Source: a virus
Lineage: Duplodnaviria > Caudoviricetes
Length of the DNA: 64,000 bases
Direction: 5' to 3' (one strand)
Virus record (IMG/VR): IMGVR_UViG_3300008954_000001
The notes under the pieces are model-generated. The model was not told where the DNA came from. It searched no databases and worked only from the letters and a program-made list of their open reading frames with translations. A program made the position numbers and the translations under genes. Of this stretch, positions 1 through 8,186 are shown in pieces (the first letter of the stretch is position 1; each line of letters begins with the position of its first letter).

Positions 1-156
1 ACTACTGGGACAGTATCGAGGAGAACCACCCTGAAATCGGGATCGTTTTCCACCGTAAGCCTCTTTTCTGATTCGGGATAGCATCTGGATCAGATCGCTG
101 AGTAAGACTCGGAGTTGACCCCAACTTGGCAACAGAAGGGGATGTAGAATTAGGGG

Positions 157-183
157 GGGGGCTAATCTGAACCCTCGTCGGTA
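157..183 (+). promoter_or_regulatory. Class A repeated element GGGGG-CTAAT-N12-CGGTA (putative early/middle promoter), copy 1
   Basis: Exact motif and 12-nt spacer shared with copies at 507, 1399, 2336 and 17669. Confidence 0.6.
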
Positions 184-447
184 CTACAAGAGAATCGATA
201 TTTGAAAGTTTGTTTGTGGCACCTCCATGGCACCTTCCATGTGCCTGCAATAGCGAAGTCGTAAGCCTTGCCACTGCATCGAGCCTCCCTGAATAAGGGC
301 ACGGGCATTATTCGATGTGCATAGGGCCTCCACAATGGAACGGCAGGTAATCCCTGTCGTCAGACAAGCTGGTGGAAGCGAGTCTCATGTGGATACACAA
401 CTTTGGGTGAAAGAGTTAGGCGTGGCTCTTTATCCCAACCCCTCGAT

Positions 448-500
448 CCCCCCTCTCTGACCGTGATTCCGGCATGGTAAGAGAGGGGGGTTCTTTATTT
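448..500 (+). terminator. Rho-independent terminator
   Basis: CCCCCCTCTCT (448-458) pairs with AGAGAGGGGGG (480-490), the stem extends inward, and TTCTTTATTT follows. Confidence 0.65.
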
Positions 501-506
501 GGGGGA

Positions 507-533
507 GGGGGCTGATTAACCCCCTCATCGGTA
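507..533 (+). promoter_or_regulatory. Class A element, copy 2
   Basis: GGGGG-CTGAT-N12-CGGTA, directly after the terminator and upstream of ORF 696. Confidence 0.6.
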
Positions 534-593
534 ATCTAAGAGAACGGGACATAACTCCCAAAACTAAAGGAAAAAACACATGAACAGGATTTA

Positions 594-673
594 GGGAGCA
601 GGTGGGCTGCTTCCGGGTAAAAGCCAAGGTGCCTTCGGGTGCCGACCCCCAAGCCCTGAACGGTTCGCCGTTC
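594..673 (+). other. Structured 5' leader with three hairpins (two UUCG tetraloops)
   Basis: GGGAGCAG/CTGCTTCC (594-614), GGTGCC-TTCG-GGTGCC (628-643), GAACGG-TTCG-CCGTTC (658-673), upstream of the AAGGAGG RBS of ORF 696. Confidence 0.45.
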
Positions 674-695
674 TGGAAGTGATAAGGAGGACGCA

Positions 696-1025
696 ATGCG
701 TCGAGCAGCATTAGAGCGAGATCGCACTCTTCGAGAGTGGCGTAAACATAAGGCGATTCATATTCGTCATGCACAAGAGATGGGAGCATTTGCTCGTAAT
801 TGGGTTCCGGGAGTTTCTCCAGCGGATCTTGTTACTTGCCCTTGTGATCAGCAAGCGGGTCGTTTTCGTAAAGGTCAGCGTTGGCTTTCTAAAGGTGGTC
901 AGTATCATAATCCTCGTTCTTACGGTGAGCGCACTCGTCAAGAGGCTCGCTCAGATGCGGATTTTCGAGATCAGCTTCGTGAGTTAGCTTTTGACCCTGA
1001 CCCTTTTTCGGAGCTTTCAGTATGA
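696..1025 (+). CDS. Hypothetical basic protein (109 aa, CxC motif)
   Basis: ORF with strong AAGGAGG RBS. Confidence 0.7.
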   Translation: MRRAALERDRTLREWRKHKAIHIRHAQEMGAFARNWVPGVSPADLVTCPCDQQAGRFRKGQRWLSKGGQYHNPRSYGERTRQEARSDADFRDQLRELAFDPDPFSELSV

Positions 1026-1137
1026 CGGGTACTATGACGAAACGAGCGAAGGTTTTGAGAGACAAGATTCGGAGATTGGGCCGACAAAGCCTGACCCCTG
1101 AAGAACGCCAAGAGGCTGTTCAGATAGGACTAATTAG

Positions 1138-1407
1138 ATGACAGAGTGGTTTGACAGAGAGCCGGGAAGCCCCGTGGCACAAGGCAAAGATGACCCCACA
1201 ATGCTTTTAGTGGGCGGGAACAAGCCTGATTGGGTGCGTTTGCCTCGTGAGCTTGGAGGGGCCAAAGCGAAAGTTTTGGATATTCTTGCTGGTCCGTGTC
1301 CGAAATGCGATGGCGAGACCGTTAAACACTTTGTACTCGATCTCGATGTTGGGGTGGCCGAATGCCCCAAAGAAGGTTTTCTTTGGTATGCGACAAAGGG
1401 GGGCTAA
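1138..1407 (+). CDS. Hypothetical protein (89 aa, CPKC...C possible Zn ribbon)
   Basis: ORF in the local gene direction; protein-like composition. Confidence 0.65.
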   Translation: MTEWFDREPGSPVAQGKDDPTMLLVGGNKPDWVRLPRELGGAKAKVLDILAGPCPKCDGETVKHFVLDLDVGVAECPKEGFLWYATKGG

Positions 1408-1425
1408 TTTTTAGCCCTGTCGGTA
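1399..1425 (+). promoter_or_regulatory. Class A element, copy 3
   Basis: GGGGG-CTAAT-N12-CGGTA upstream of ORF 1447; includes a perfect GGGCTAA/TTAGCCC dyad (1401-1417). Confidence 0.6.
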
Positions 1426-1446
1426 GTCCAACCAAGAGGTGATAAA

Positions 1447-2349
1447 ATGACAGATACAGTTCGATATATTCTTGCTCCAAGTGCAGACCTTTCCAAGACG
1501 GTTGAGGCCGACATTACGGTTGAGGCCGAGTACGGTTCGTATGTTGCTCAAGGTCGTGTTTACACGGCAGCGCACCATCAGCCGGGAATGGAGCACCTTC
1601 CCGCACCGTGCAACGATCAGGAGATCCCTGCGTTGGATAGCGGTACGGTTCTGGTGAGCCATGTTGACCTTGATACCTTTGGTGGGTGTCTCCGAGCGTC
1701 AGGTGTGTTCGCTGGCTTGTTTGAGTCCAAGCACCAATCCTTTTGGGATCTGGCGCAGTTCGTGGACCTCAACGGCCCTCACAAGCTCTCCGAAAGTGGA
1801 GCGAGTGAAGAAGACCTGACTCGCTTGTACGCATTTTGGGCATGGAAGACGGCTCTCCCTCGGTTCAGCCGAGACGAGATCACGGATGTCACGGCCCATG
1901 TCATCGCCGCTGGTTCGGCGTTGGAGCACATTTTCGATGGTTCACAGACACACATTGACGCTGGTATCGCTATGCGAACGAGCGAAGCGGATCTGAACCG
2001 AGCAACCTTCGTTGGCACCTTCGCTGTAGAGGATGGCGGAACCATTTTGGTTCGTGCTACCAGCACCGAGAGGGGCTTTTGCAACCATTTGTACGCTGAC
2101 CCTACGGGCAAGGCTCATATGGCGGTAGCGGCTTGGAACAAGGACGATGGTGGTATCACGATCAGCCTTGCGGACGCTGTGGAAGGCGTGTCTTGCCGTC
2201 AGGTAATGCAGGATTTGTTTGGCCCCGAAGCGGGTGGTCACGATGGGATCGCAGGATCTCCCCGTGAGCAAGCGATGACGGAAGACCAGTTCTTTTCGAC
2301 CCAAATGGCTTTGAGCAAGGCTCTTAGCATGAAGGGGGGGCTACTTTAG
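1447..2349 (+). CDS. DHH-like phosphoesterase-fold protein (atypical motif order)
   Basis: AHH, SHVDLD and C-terminal GGHxxIAGS motifs resembling DHH/DHHA1; GAGGTG RBS. Confidence 0.45.
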   Translation: MTDTVRYILAPSADLSKTVEADITVEAEYGSYVAQGRVYTAAHHQPGMEHLPAPCNDQEIPALDSGTVLVSHVDLDTFGGCLRASGVFAGLFESKHQSFWDLAQFVDLNGPHKLSESGASEEDLTRLYAFWAWKTALPRFSRDEITDVTAHVIAAGSALEHIFDGSQTHIDAGIAMRTSEADLNRATFVGTFAVEDGGTILVRATSTERGFCNHLYADPTGKAHMAVAAWNKDDGGITISLADAVEGVSCRQVMQDLFGPEAGGHDGIAGSPREQAMTEDQFFSTQMALSKALSMKGGLL

Positions 2350-2362
2350 AACCCTGTCGGTA
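2336..2362 (+). promoter_or_regulatory. Class A element, copy 4
   Basis: GGGGG-CTACT-N12-CGGTA. Confidence 0.55.
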
Positions 2363-2413
2363 GATATGGTGTATGGGGAATGAGAGTTCCCGCTGTTCTT
2401 TTACAATCGAGTT

Positions 2414-2623
2414 TTGCTGATTCCGATGCTTGCATTGGATGAAGCGAATGACCCTTGCTGTCGGGTCATAAAACCTTCGTACCCTAAGCCGGGTCGTTGG
2501 CTCCTTCGGGAGATAGCCAGAACCCCGATTGGGAAAGTGGTCTTCGCAGGCCATGCCGCCCAATCTGTGAGGGGGGATGAGTTATGGGCTGTGGTAGGTC
2601 CGAGAGTCATCCAGTGGTTCTAA
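2414..2623 (+). CDS. Hypothetical protein (start uncertain)
   Basis: Short ORF downstream of a class A element. Confidence 0.35.
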   Translation: MLIPMLALDEANDPCCRVIKPSYPKPGRWLLREIARTPIGKVVFAGHAAQSVRGDELWAVVGPRVIQWF

Positions 2624-3138
2624 GCATGAGCCGATGTTCCACCATCGGAGTGCTGCGAAGGGCATCCTCGGACTTGCTGATTCACTGAGGAAACGGTTGC
2701 AGGGCAATCCAAAGACGAAAGTCTTGGGAAGGGGGTCGTTCCCCAGAATCGGACTGCCGAGTGCAGAAGCCTCTCTGGTTGTTGGAGCAATCTGACAATC
2801 GTCCCGAAAGGGGATAGCTGGCGATCTTCCCAAGAGGTCAAAGGTTGTCGTGTGGAGGAAGGGAGAAGTGTACAGCTTACCCTCCGAGACACAGAATGTA
2901 GGCGGCAGTATTGCTTGCTGTTCAGTGGTATGAAAGTGCCGAGAACAGGGAGGAACGCCGTGAACAGCTTTACTTTGCTGGTGTTCACACTCCTAACCCG
3001 GAAGGGGACAGGGCCAAAAGCCTTGGAGGTCACGGTTGGAGGCAAGCGCATGTGTGCTTGTTTGTCTCTTTTGGGCGGGTCATCCTTACAGGGTGGCCCG
3101 CCCTCCTTAATTTGTGGGGTACAGTAGTTGGAGGCAAC

Positions 3139-3420
3139 ATGAAGAATCCTAACCTCACAGAAACACAGCGAGAAATCGTCCGAGTGTGTGAAGATATCCA
3201 AGCGTTGCTTATCTCTAAGAACAAAAAGTACGGCAACTCTGCATTGGAACCTGTGCGGGTGTTCTCTAAATCCGATACCGCTGAACAGATTTGTGTTCGC
3301 ATTGACGATAAATTGTCTCGGATTTCCAAAGGGGCGGGTCTTCTTGCAACCGATGAAGATGTAATCAACGATTTGATCGGTTACCTCGTGTTACTAAAGA
3401 TCGCTATAAGTACGAAATAA
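3139..3420 (+). CDS. Nucleotide-modification-associated domain 1 / DUF1599-like helical protein
   Basis: KNKKYGNSAL...VRIDDKLSRI...DLIGYLVLL pattern; GGAGG RBS before ATG 3139 (ORF track extends to 2911). Confidence 0.65.
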   Translation: MKNPNLTETQREIVRVCEDIQALLISKNKKYGNSALEPVRVFSKSDTAEQICVRIDDKLSRISKGAGLLATDEDVINDLIGYLVLLKIAISTK

Positions 3421-3492
3421 GGTAACTGACAGGCCGAAACTCTCGTTTTCACGGCTATCGCTTAGGCTAACTGTGAGCCTAAGAGAATACAC

Positions 3493-3804
3493 GTGAGAGA
3501 CTTCAACCGACGAAAACTAAATCTTCGCAGAATACTCGCAACCGAGTTGTTGCAACGTGGAGTACCACCCGAAGAAGTTGCTCGGTTATGTAGGCCCACC
3601 GCCACAGAGATTCACAATCTCGACAAAGAAATCCATCGAGAGATGCAAGCCGATCAAATCGATGCGATTGATGCGGAATTTTGGGACGTGATCCACGATG
3701 AGGTGGAAGAGCCTAACCCGCTACTTTTCGAGCCTGTCGTCATGTTCATGCTCTTTGTTTTGCTCTTGGCTTTCACTTTGGGCGTATTCCTCGGCGGCCA
3801 CTGA
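3493..3804 (+). CDS. Hypothetical protein with C-terminal transmembrane helix
   Basis: ORF with hydrophobic C-terminus VVMFMLFVLLLAFTLGVFLGG. Confidence 0.6.
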   Translation: MRDFNRRKLNLRRILATELLQRGVPPEEVARLCRPTATEIHNLDKEIHREMQADQIDAIDAEFWDVIHDEVEEPNPLLFEPVVMFMLFVLLLAFTLGVFLGGH

Positions 3805-4074
3805 TTTATCAAAATAGAGAATTTTCTATCAGAACATAAAATATCTTATACCCCCCAACTAACAGTTGGGCCGGGATCAAAGGGGCTGATCTCACTTCCC
3901 CCCTTGTTTCGGGACATCCAAGATATAAACTTTCTGTAATTCAGTTCTTGAAACCCTTATCTAAACCAATACTGAAGCTATCACTTCCAGTAGTTACGTG
4001 GGCCGTTCAGCCCAACGACAGTATGCGATAGACACACACATGAGCAGACATAGTTTACAAAAACGGAATCTGTT

Positions 4075-4461
4075 GTGTCGAAGGATAAGCAATTACAACC
4101 GCTAAACTTTAGCGATTACATAGAGAAACGAGAAAAGTCTCGTGGTATCGAGGTGTACCGAAAGCAGCAAAGGCTGTGGGATCACCCCGAAACTCTCGAT
4201 GCAGAAATCATAGAGCTTGTTGCGGCGAAGGAAGCCAAGCAAGCGGAACCTTCGGTAGTGAACACCCAAAACATTCAGACCCAAAACATTCACTACCACC
4301 ACTACCACGACCCCGAACGGCCAAGGGCCATACGGACCCCTGAGCCTCAAAAGAAACCCAATCAAATCTCCGAAGGGGATGCCCTACTCTGGTTCTTCTC
4401 TCTCGTAGGGTCTGTTTTCCTTCTTGGGTTGCTTTTATCGGCACTCTTTTCGGGGAATTGA
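4075..4461 (+). CDS. Hypothetical protein with His-rich patch and C-terminal TM helix
   Basis: TQNIQTQNIHYHHYHD; hydrophobic C-terminus. Confidence 0.6.
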   Translation: MSKDKQLQPLNFSDYIEKREKSRGIEVYRKQQRLWDHPETLDAEIIELVAAKEAKQAEPSVVNTQNIQTQNIHYHHYHDPERPRAIRTPEPQKKPNQISEGDALLWFFSLVGSVFLLGLLLSALFSGN

Positions 4462-4810
4462 TTTGGAAAGGCGTATCAGCATAGCCCTAACGCTGCTGTT
4501 CGCTCTGAACGTCACAGATGCTTTACTTACAATTGTTTGGGTACGCCTTGGGTTAGCCAATGAAGCAAATCCTCTTATGGCTGTTTTGGTAACAGACCAC
4601 ACCGTACTTTTCGTATTGGCTAAAGTGTTCTTGGTGTTGGCCGGGTGCTTCCTTTTATGGCGTTTCCGAATACAACCTCTTGCACGACACCTACTGGCAG
4701 TCTGTGTGCTGGCTTATGCGCTTGTAGTAGCGATACACACCCATATGATCCTTCAACTGGATCAAGTCCCACTCCAAGAAATCCAACGCTGTATAGAAGC
4801 GGCCTACTGA
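4424..4810 (+). CDS. DUF5658-like multi-pass membrane protein (start uncertain)
   Basis: LNVTDALLT...EANPLM motif and several TM helices. Confidence 0.6.
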   Translation: MGCFYRHSFRGIDLERRISIALTLLFALNVTDALLTIVWVRLGLANEANPLMAVLVTDHTVLFVLAKVFLVLAGCFLLWRFRIQPLARHLLAVCVLAYALVVAIHTHMILQLDQVPLQEIQRCIEAAY

Positions 4811-7800
4811 ATAGTGGCCACGTCTTCGGGGGAGCACTCGACTTCATGGGGGTGCTCGGTTTGTGGGTGAGCAACAAAGGTAACGCCCATCTTCTCCACA
4901 AAACTTTGGAAGATGCTCATATGTTGGTCTTCCCAAACATGAACAACATCAAAGCCATGTTTGACATGGAGTTGGTGGATGACCTTCTTCTTATAGCTTG
5001 AAGTGTCGCCCCCTTTATTGAGGTACACCTCATCGAAGTTGAGTCCCGCACTCTTCAAGAGTTCTGGCACACGCCAACGGAACCTCCCGTCCATCCTACC
5101 CGTACAACAGATGGCCCAAACATTTGGGTTCCCTATGCTTCGTTTAGCTTCCGCTACGGTTTTACCATCCCACCATTCCTTACCTGGAGCGAGAGGAACA
5201 CACGGAGGACTTAGAGATAATTGGTTTCCCCACCACCCCTTTTGATCCCACCACGAAGGTTTATGTGGGGATCGAAACAACGTCCCATCGAAATCAAACA
5301 AGTGTAGTTCTTTTCGGCCACTGGCCCTTAGACGGCGGTTTACCACCTGTTCAACCATGCCGGGATCAAGAACCTCTCCTTGCCTCCTCGCCAGAAAACC
5401 CACCTGGCCTCTCAAAACCGGACCATTGATCTTTGTGTATCCTCGACCAAGTAATTTGTTGCTGTAGGCAGGGGAAACACCGTTCACCGCAACCGTAATA
5501 TGGGCGACACCCTTGTCTTGTCTTTGAATCCCTCGTGGTTGCACAACAACCGCTTGCCCGTGCTCGTCTGCGCCGTACCCAACCACTTTGAGTGCAATAC
5601 TGGCCCCGACAGGGAGATCCATGATTTCTTTATCGGTAGGCCCAAACTTGATGGTCATGTGGTGCGCTTTCACAGTTGGGTGAAGCGGCCCCACATTCTT
5701 TGTCCACCATCGCAGCAGTGCTTGAGAGTCAGACAAGAACACACCTGAGTACACAGCCTGACCAGCAGTTCTGCTAACGGCGAAGTTTTCGTATTCCCCT
5801 TTGATTACTTTCTCGAACCATTCCTTGTGCTCTTTAGGTAGGGTCTTGGTGGCTCGCATAGAAGCGGCTTCGCAGAGGTGCTCTTCGGCATCGGAAGCTG
5901 CGTAAATGGACGGAAACTTGAGTTTGTTCTCCGACTTCTTAAACCAGCCGAAGAGCGTCATTCGTTCTACTGTGCCTATCTCTTTCTTTGTGGCGATATC
6001 TACAAGATGGGCGGCTCCCCCATTACTCCCGTACTCGCTAACCATGACCTCTTTATTGTTGACCTGCATAGGCAACACTTCGCCCACTTCGGGCAACTTG
6101 GTTTCCACCCTCTTTGTGCTCAAGTCGGAATGGTATTGCCGCCACCTTTGCCAAATCGCCTTATCGAGAAACTTGTTCTTATAGCGATGGGTTAGTTCGT
6201 GGATCAGGTTTTGAACAGCACTGACTTCGGAGATGCCTTTACCACTGACCCGAAAGTAAACGGCATCTTTGGAAGGCATGTACCAAGCAGCCCAATTTGG
6301 TCTGCCGATCTTTCCAACGATGTACACATCCCCATAAAGGGTACGAGCAAACCTCGGCAACCCTGTTCCTCGCTTCGATTTTCGGACAGCCTTTTCAAGA
6401 ATCTGAGAGATCCGTGCTCTTTCCGCTTCGTCAGCACCAACCGTGTCGTGAACTGTGAATGGCCCAACTGTCCAAATGCCCCCACCTTCGCTGGATCTGT
6501 CTTTCCATTTGATACTATCAATCAGGAGGGGCCAACGCTTTTTGTTCGTCCGATACCACTTGTCATAACCTTGCCTTGGTCCTTTCCCCCTGCCGTACCG
6601 CACGGAAAAAAGCCTCGCAAGCATCTCAACACCTTTAGCCCTCCTTGCGGGGATCGCCTTCTTATCGATGACATGCTCAAGCCATTTCCGCCCGATTGCG
6701 TAAAACCTTTGCCACGCCATCCACAGTTCTGCCGTATTGCCCAACCCATGAGCTTCGTTGTAGTCGATGCGACTTTCAAACTCGTAGTAGGTCATCACAA
6801 GGGCCTCGGCCACCAGTGAAGGCGTAGCTTTTTTATCCCACTTCTCCATAACGGTGCCGTCATGGATGTAGGAGTCCTCCATCTTAGGGACAAGGTACTG
6901 TGAGCGTAGCGTTGAGGACTCGTGGCCTACGACTTCTGCGGTCGCTTCAAGGGCTTTCGTGAACTCGGCTTTGAGGATTTCGTCTTTCTCTTTTCGGTCA
7001 GTGGGGAGGGTCTTGCCCTTCTTACGCTGTTCTTTGAGTTGCCTGACCATCTCATCGTTGGCTCGGAATCCACGAATGTCTTTAGCGGTGATGTCGTACT
7101 TCTTTAGGTACTTGTTCACATCCTCTGCTTTGACAATACAATCGTCGCCTTCACACAGGACGGTATCTGTACCCGACTTGCCTTTGAGGGCTTTCTTCAA
7201 CGCTGAAACTGTTGCGTGGTCCGCAACAGTCTTCTTTTGGTCTACGCCTGACTTGCCTGTGTAAGTGAGGGTGGCTTTGCTGCCTGTGATTTTTACATGC
7301 TTGGCTTGAAGCGTGGTGACCCCGAAATGGCCTCGGTCTTTTACGGATTGGTCGTTGCCTACTCGCTCACAGGTTTCGTCCATCAGGGCGACTGCAAGGG
7401 CTGTCAAACGGACTTCGGGATCATCGGATTTGAGATCAGACTTGTACTGTTTCCGCAGGTCCAGGATGTTGCCTTTAAGTTTTTGAATCCGCTTCGCTTT
7501 TTCACGGTTGCGGTGGTCCACCTGTCCTTTGGAATACTCGTAGACGGTGGTCTTCCCAGACCCGTCAGCTTTATCCACCTGTTTCTTCTTCTTGAACTTG
7601 GCGGCTACTCGGCTGGCGGCTGCGTGAAACGTAGGCTGATAGTCAACTCTGGGCCATTTCACGAGGTTCAGGTCTTGATTGACCAACTCAAACTCATCTC
7701 CGACCTTGGGCTTAGGGTAAGACCAATACTGCTGTGCCATGAGTCCGGGGTGTCTCCCGATAGGCTCCAAGTCCTTCGGGTGGATACGCCTGATTTTGAA

Positions 7801-7932
7801 GACCACTTTATCAACGTAGTCGGGATCGGTGGGGTGTGTCTCGATCCTCAAAAGAGCAAGCTCGGAACCTTTCAAGGTCTTGAGGATCTGCCCCTTCCTG
7901 AAACCAGGGTTCGCATCGTATCGGGTGCTCAT
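4804..7932 (-). CDS. Multidomain protein: DNA topoisomerase IB + zincin-like HExxH domain + 2H phosphoesterase + HAD phosphatase
   Basis: TopIB pentad R190 (CERVGN), K227 (GKSG), R287 (DIR), H337, Y346; HELTH (578-582) with downstream YAASDAEEHLCE; 2H motifs HHMT and HITV; HAD motif FDFDGTLF followed by CCTGR. Confidence 0.8.
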   Translation of the reverse strand: MSTRYDANPGFRKGQILKTLKGSELALLRIETHPTDPDYVDKVVFKIRRIHPKDLEPIGRHPGLMAQQYWSYPKPKVGDEFELVNQDLNLVKWPRVDYQPTFHAAASRVAAKFKKKKQVDKADGSGKTTVYEYSKGQVDHRNREKAKRIQKLKGNILDLRKQYKSDLKSDDPEVRLTALAVALMDETCERVGNDQSVKDRGHFGVTTLQAKHVKITGSKATLTYTGKSGVDQKKTVADHATVSALKKALKGKSGTDTVLCEGDDCIVKAEDVNKYLKKYDITAKDIRGFRANDEMVRQLKEQRKKGKTLPTDRKEKDEILKAEFTKALEATAEVVGHESSTLRSQYLVPKMEDSYIHDGTVMEKWDKKATPSLVAEALVMTYYEFESRIDYNEAHGLGNTAELWMAWQRFYAIGRKWLEHVIDKKAIPARRAKGVEMLARLFSVRYGRGKGPRQGYDKWYRTNKKRWPLLIDSIKWKDRSSEGGGIWTVGPFTVHDTVGADEAERARISQILEKAVRKSKRGTGLPRFARTLYGDVYIVGKIGRPNWAAWYMPSKDAVYFRVSGKGISEVSAVQNLIHELTHRYKNKFLDKAIWQRWRQYHSDLSTKRVETKLPEVGEVLPMQVNNKEVMVSEYGSNGGAAHLVDIATKKEIGTVERMTLFGWFKKSENKLKFPSIYAASDAEEHLCEAASMRATKTLPKEHKEWFEKVIKGEYENFAVSRTAGQAVYSGVFLSDSQALLRWWTKNVGPLHPTVKAHHMTIKFGPTDKEIMDLPVGASIALKVVGYGADEHGQAVVVQPRGIQRQDKGVAHITVAVNGVSPAYSNKLLGRGYTKINGPVLRGQVGFLARRQGEVLDPGMVEQVVNRRLRASGRKELHLFDFDGTLFRSPHKPSWWDQKGWWGNQLSLSPPCVPLAPGKEWWDGKTVAEAKRSIGNPNVWAICCTGRMDGRFRWRVPELLKSAGLNFDEVYLNKGGDTSSYKKKVIHQLHVKHGFDVVHVWEDQHMSIFQSFVEKMGVTFVAHPQTEHPHEVECSPEDVATIQ

Positions 7933-8186
7933 TCTTGCTCCTCATGCCGAAACCAGACTCGGAACAGTTGAATGGCTTTCGTCTGCTTGCGCCCTTTGGG
8001 AATAGGGTCTACCAAGACAAGGGGGTTCCCTTTGGGGTCTTTGTCGAACCCAACAATCACACCAGCCTTGTTCTTGTATTTGCCGTACCACACCTGATCT
8101 CCCTCATTCAGCGTAAGCGTGAGGGCTTCTTTCTTCCGTGCGTACTTAGCAGCTACTCTGGCAGCCCAAGGGTTCTCTTTCATCAC
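7929..8186 (-). CDS. Small KOW/SH3-like basic protein with N-terminal RVAAKY tag
   Basis: LNEGDQVWYGKYKNKAGVIVG KOW-like strand pattern; coupled to both neighbours. Confidence 0.55.
   Translation of the reverse strand: MMKENPWAARVAAKYARKKEALTLTLNEGDQVWYGKYKNKAGVIVGFDKDPKGNPLVLVDPIPKGRKQTKAIQLFRVWFRHEEQE

Noticed and set aside
507-517. GGGGCTGATT matching the tmRNA 5' end
   Set aside because: No tmRNA D-loop continuation or 3' acceptor/T-arm; better explained as the class A element.
594-673. Resemblance of CCCAAGCCC to twister or pistol ribozyme cores
   Set aside because: Required flanking stems could not be built; kept only as an unassigned structured leader.
2911-3138. N-terminal extension of the Nmad1-like ORF
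   Set aside because: A GGAGG RBS at 3130-3134 supports ATG 3139; the extension overlaps another ORF and has no RBS.
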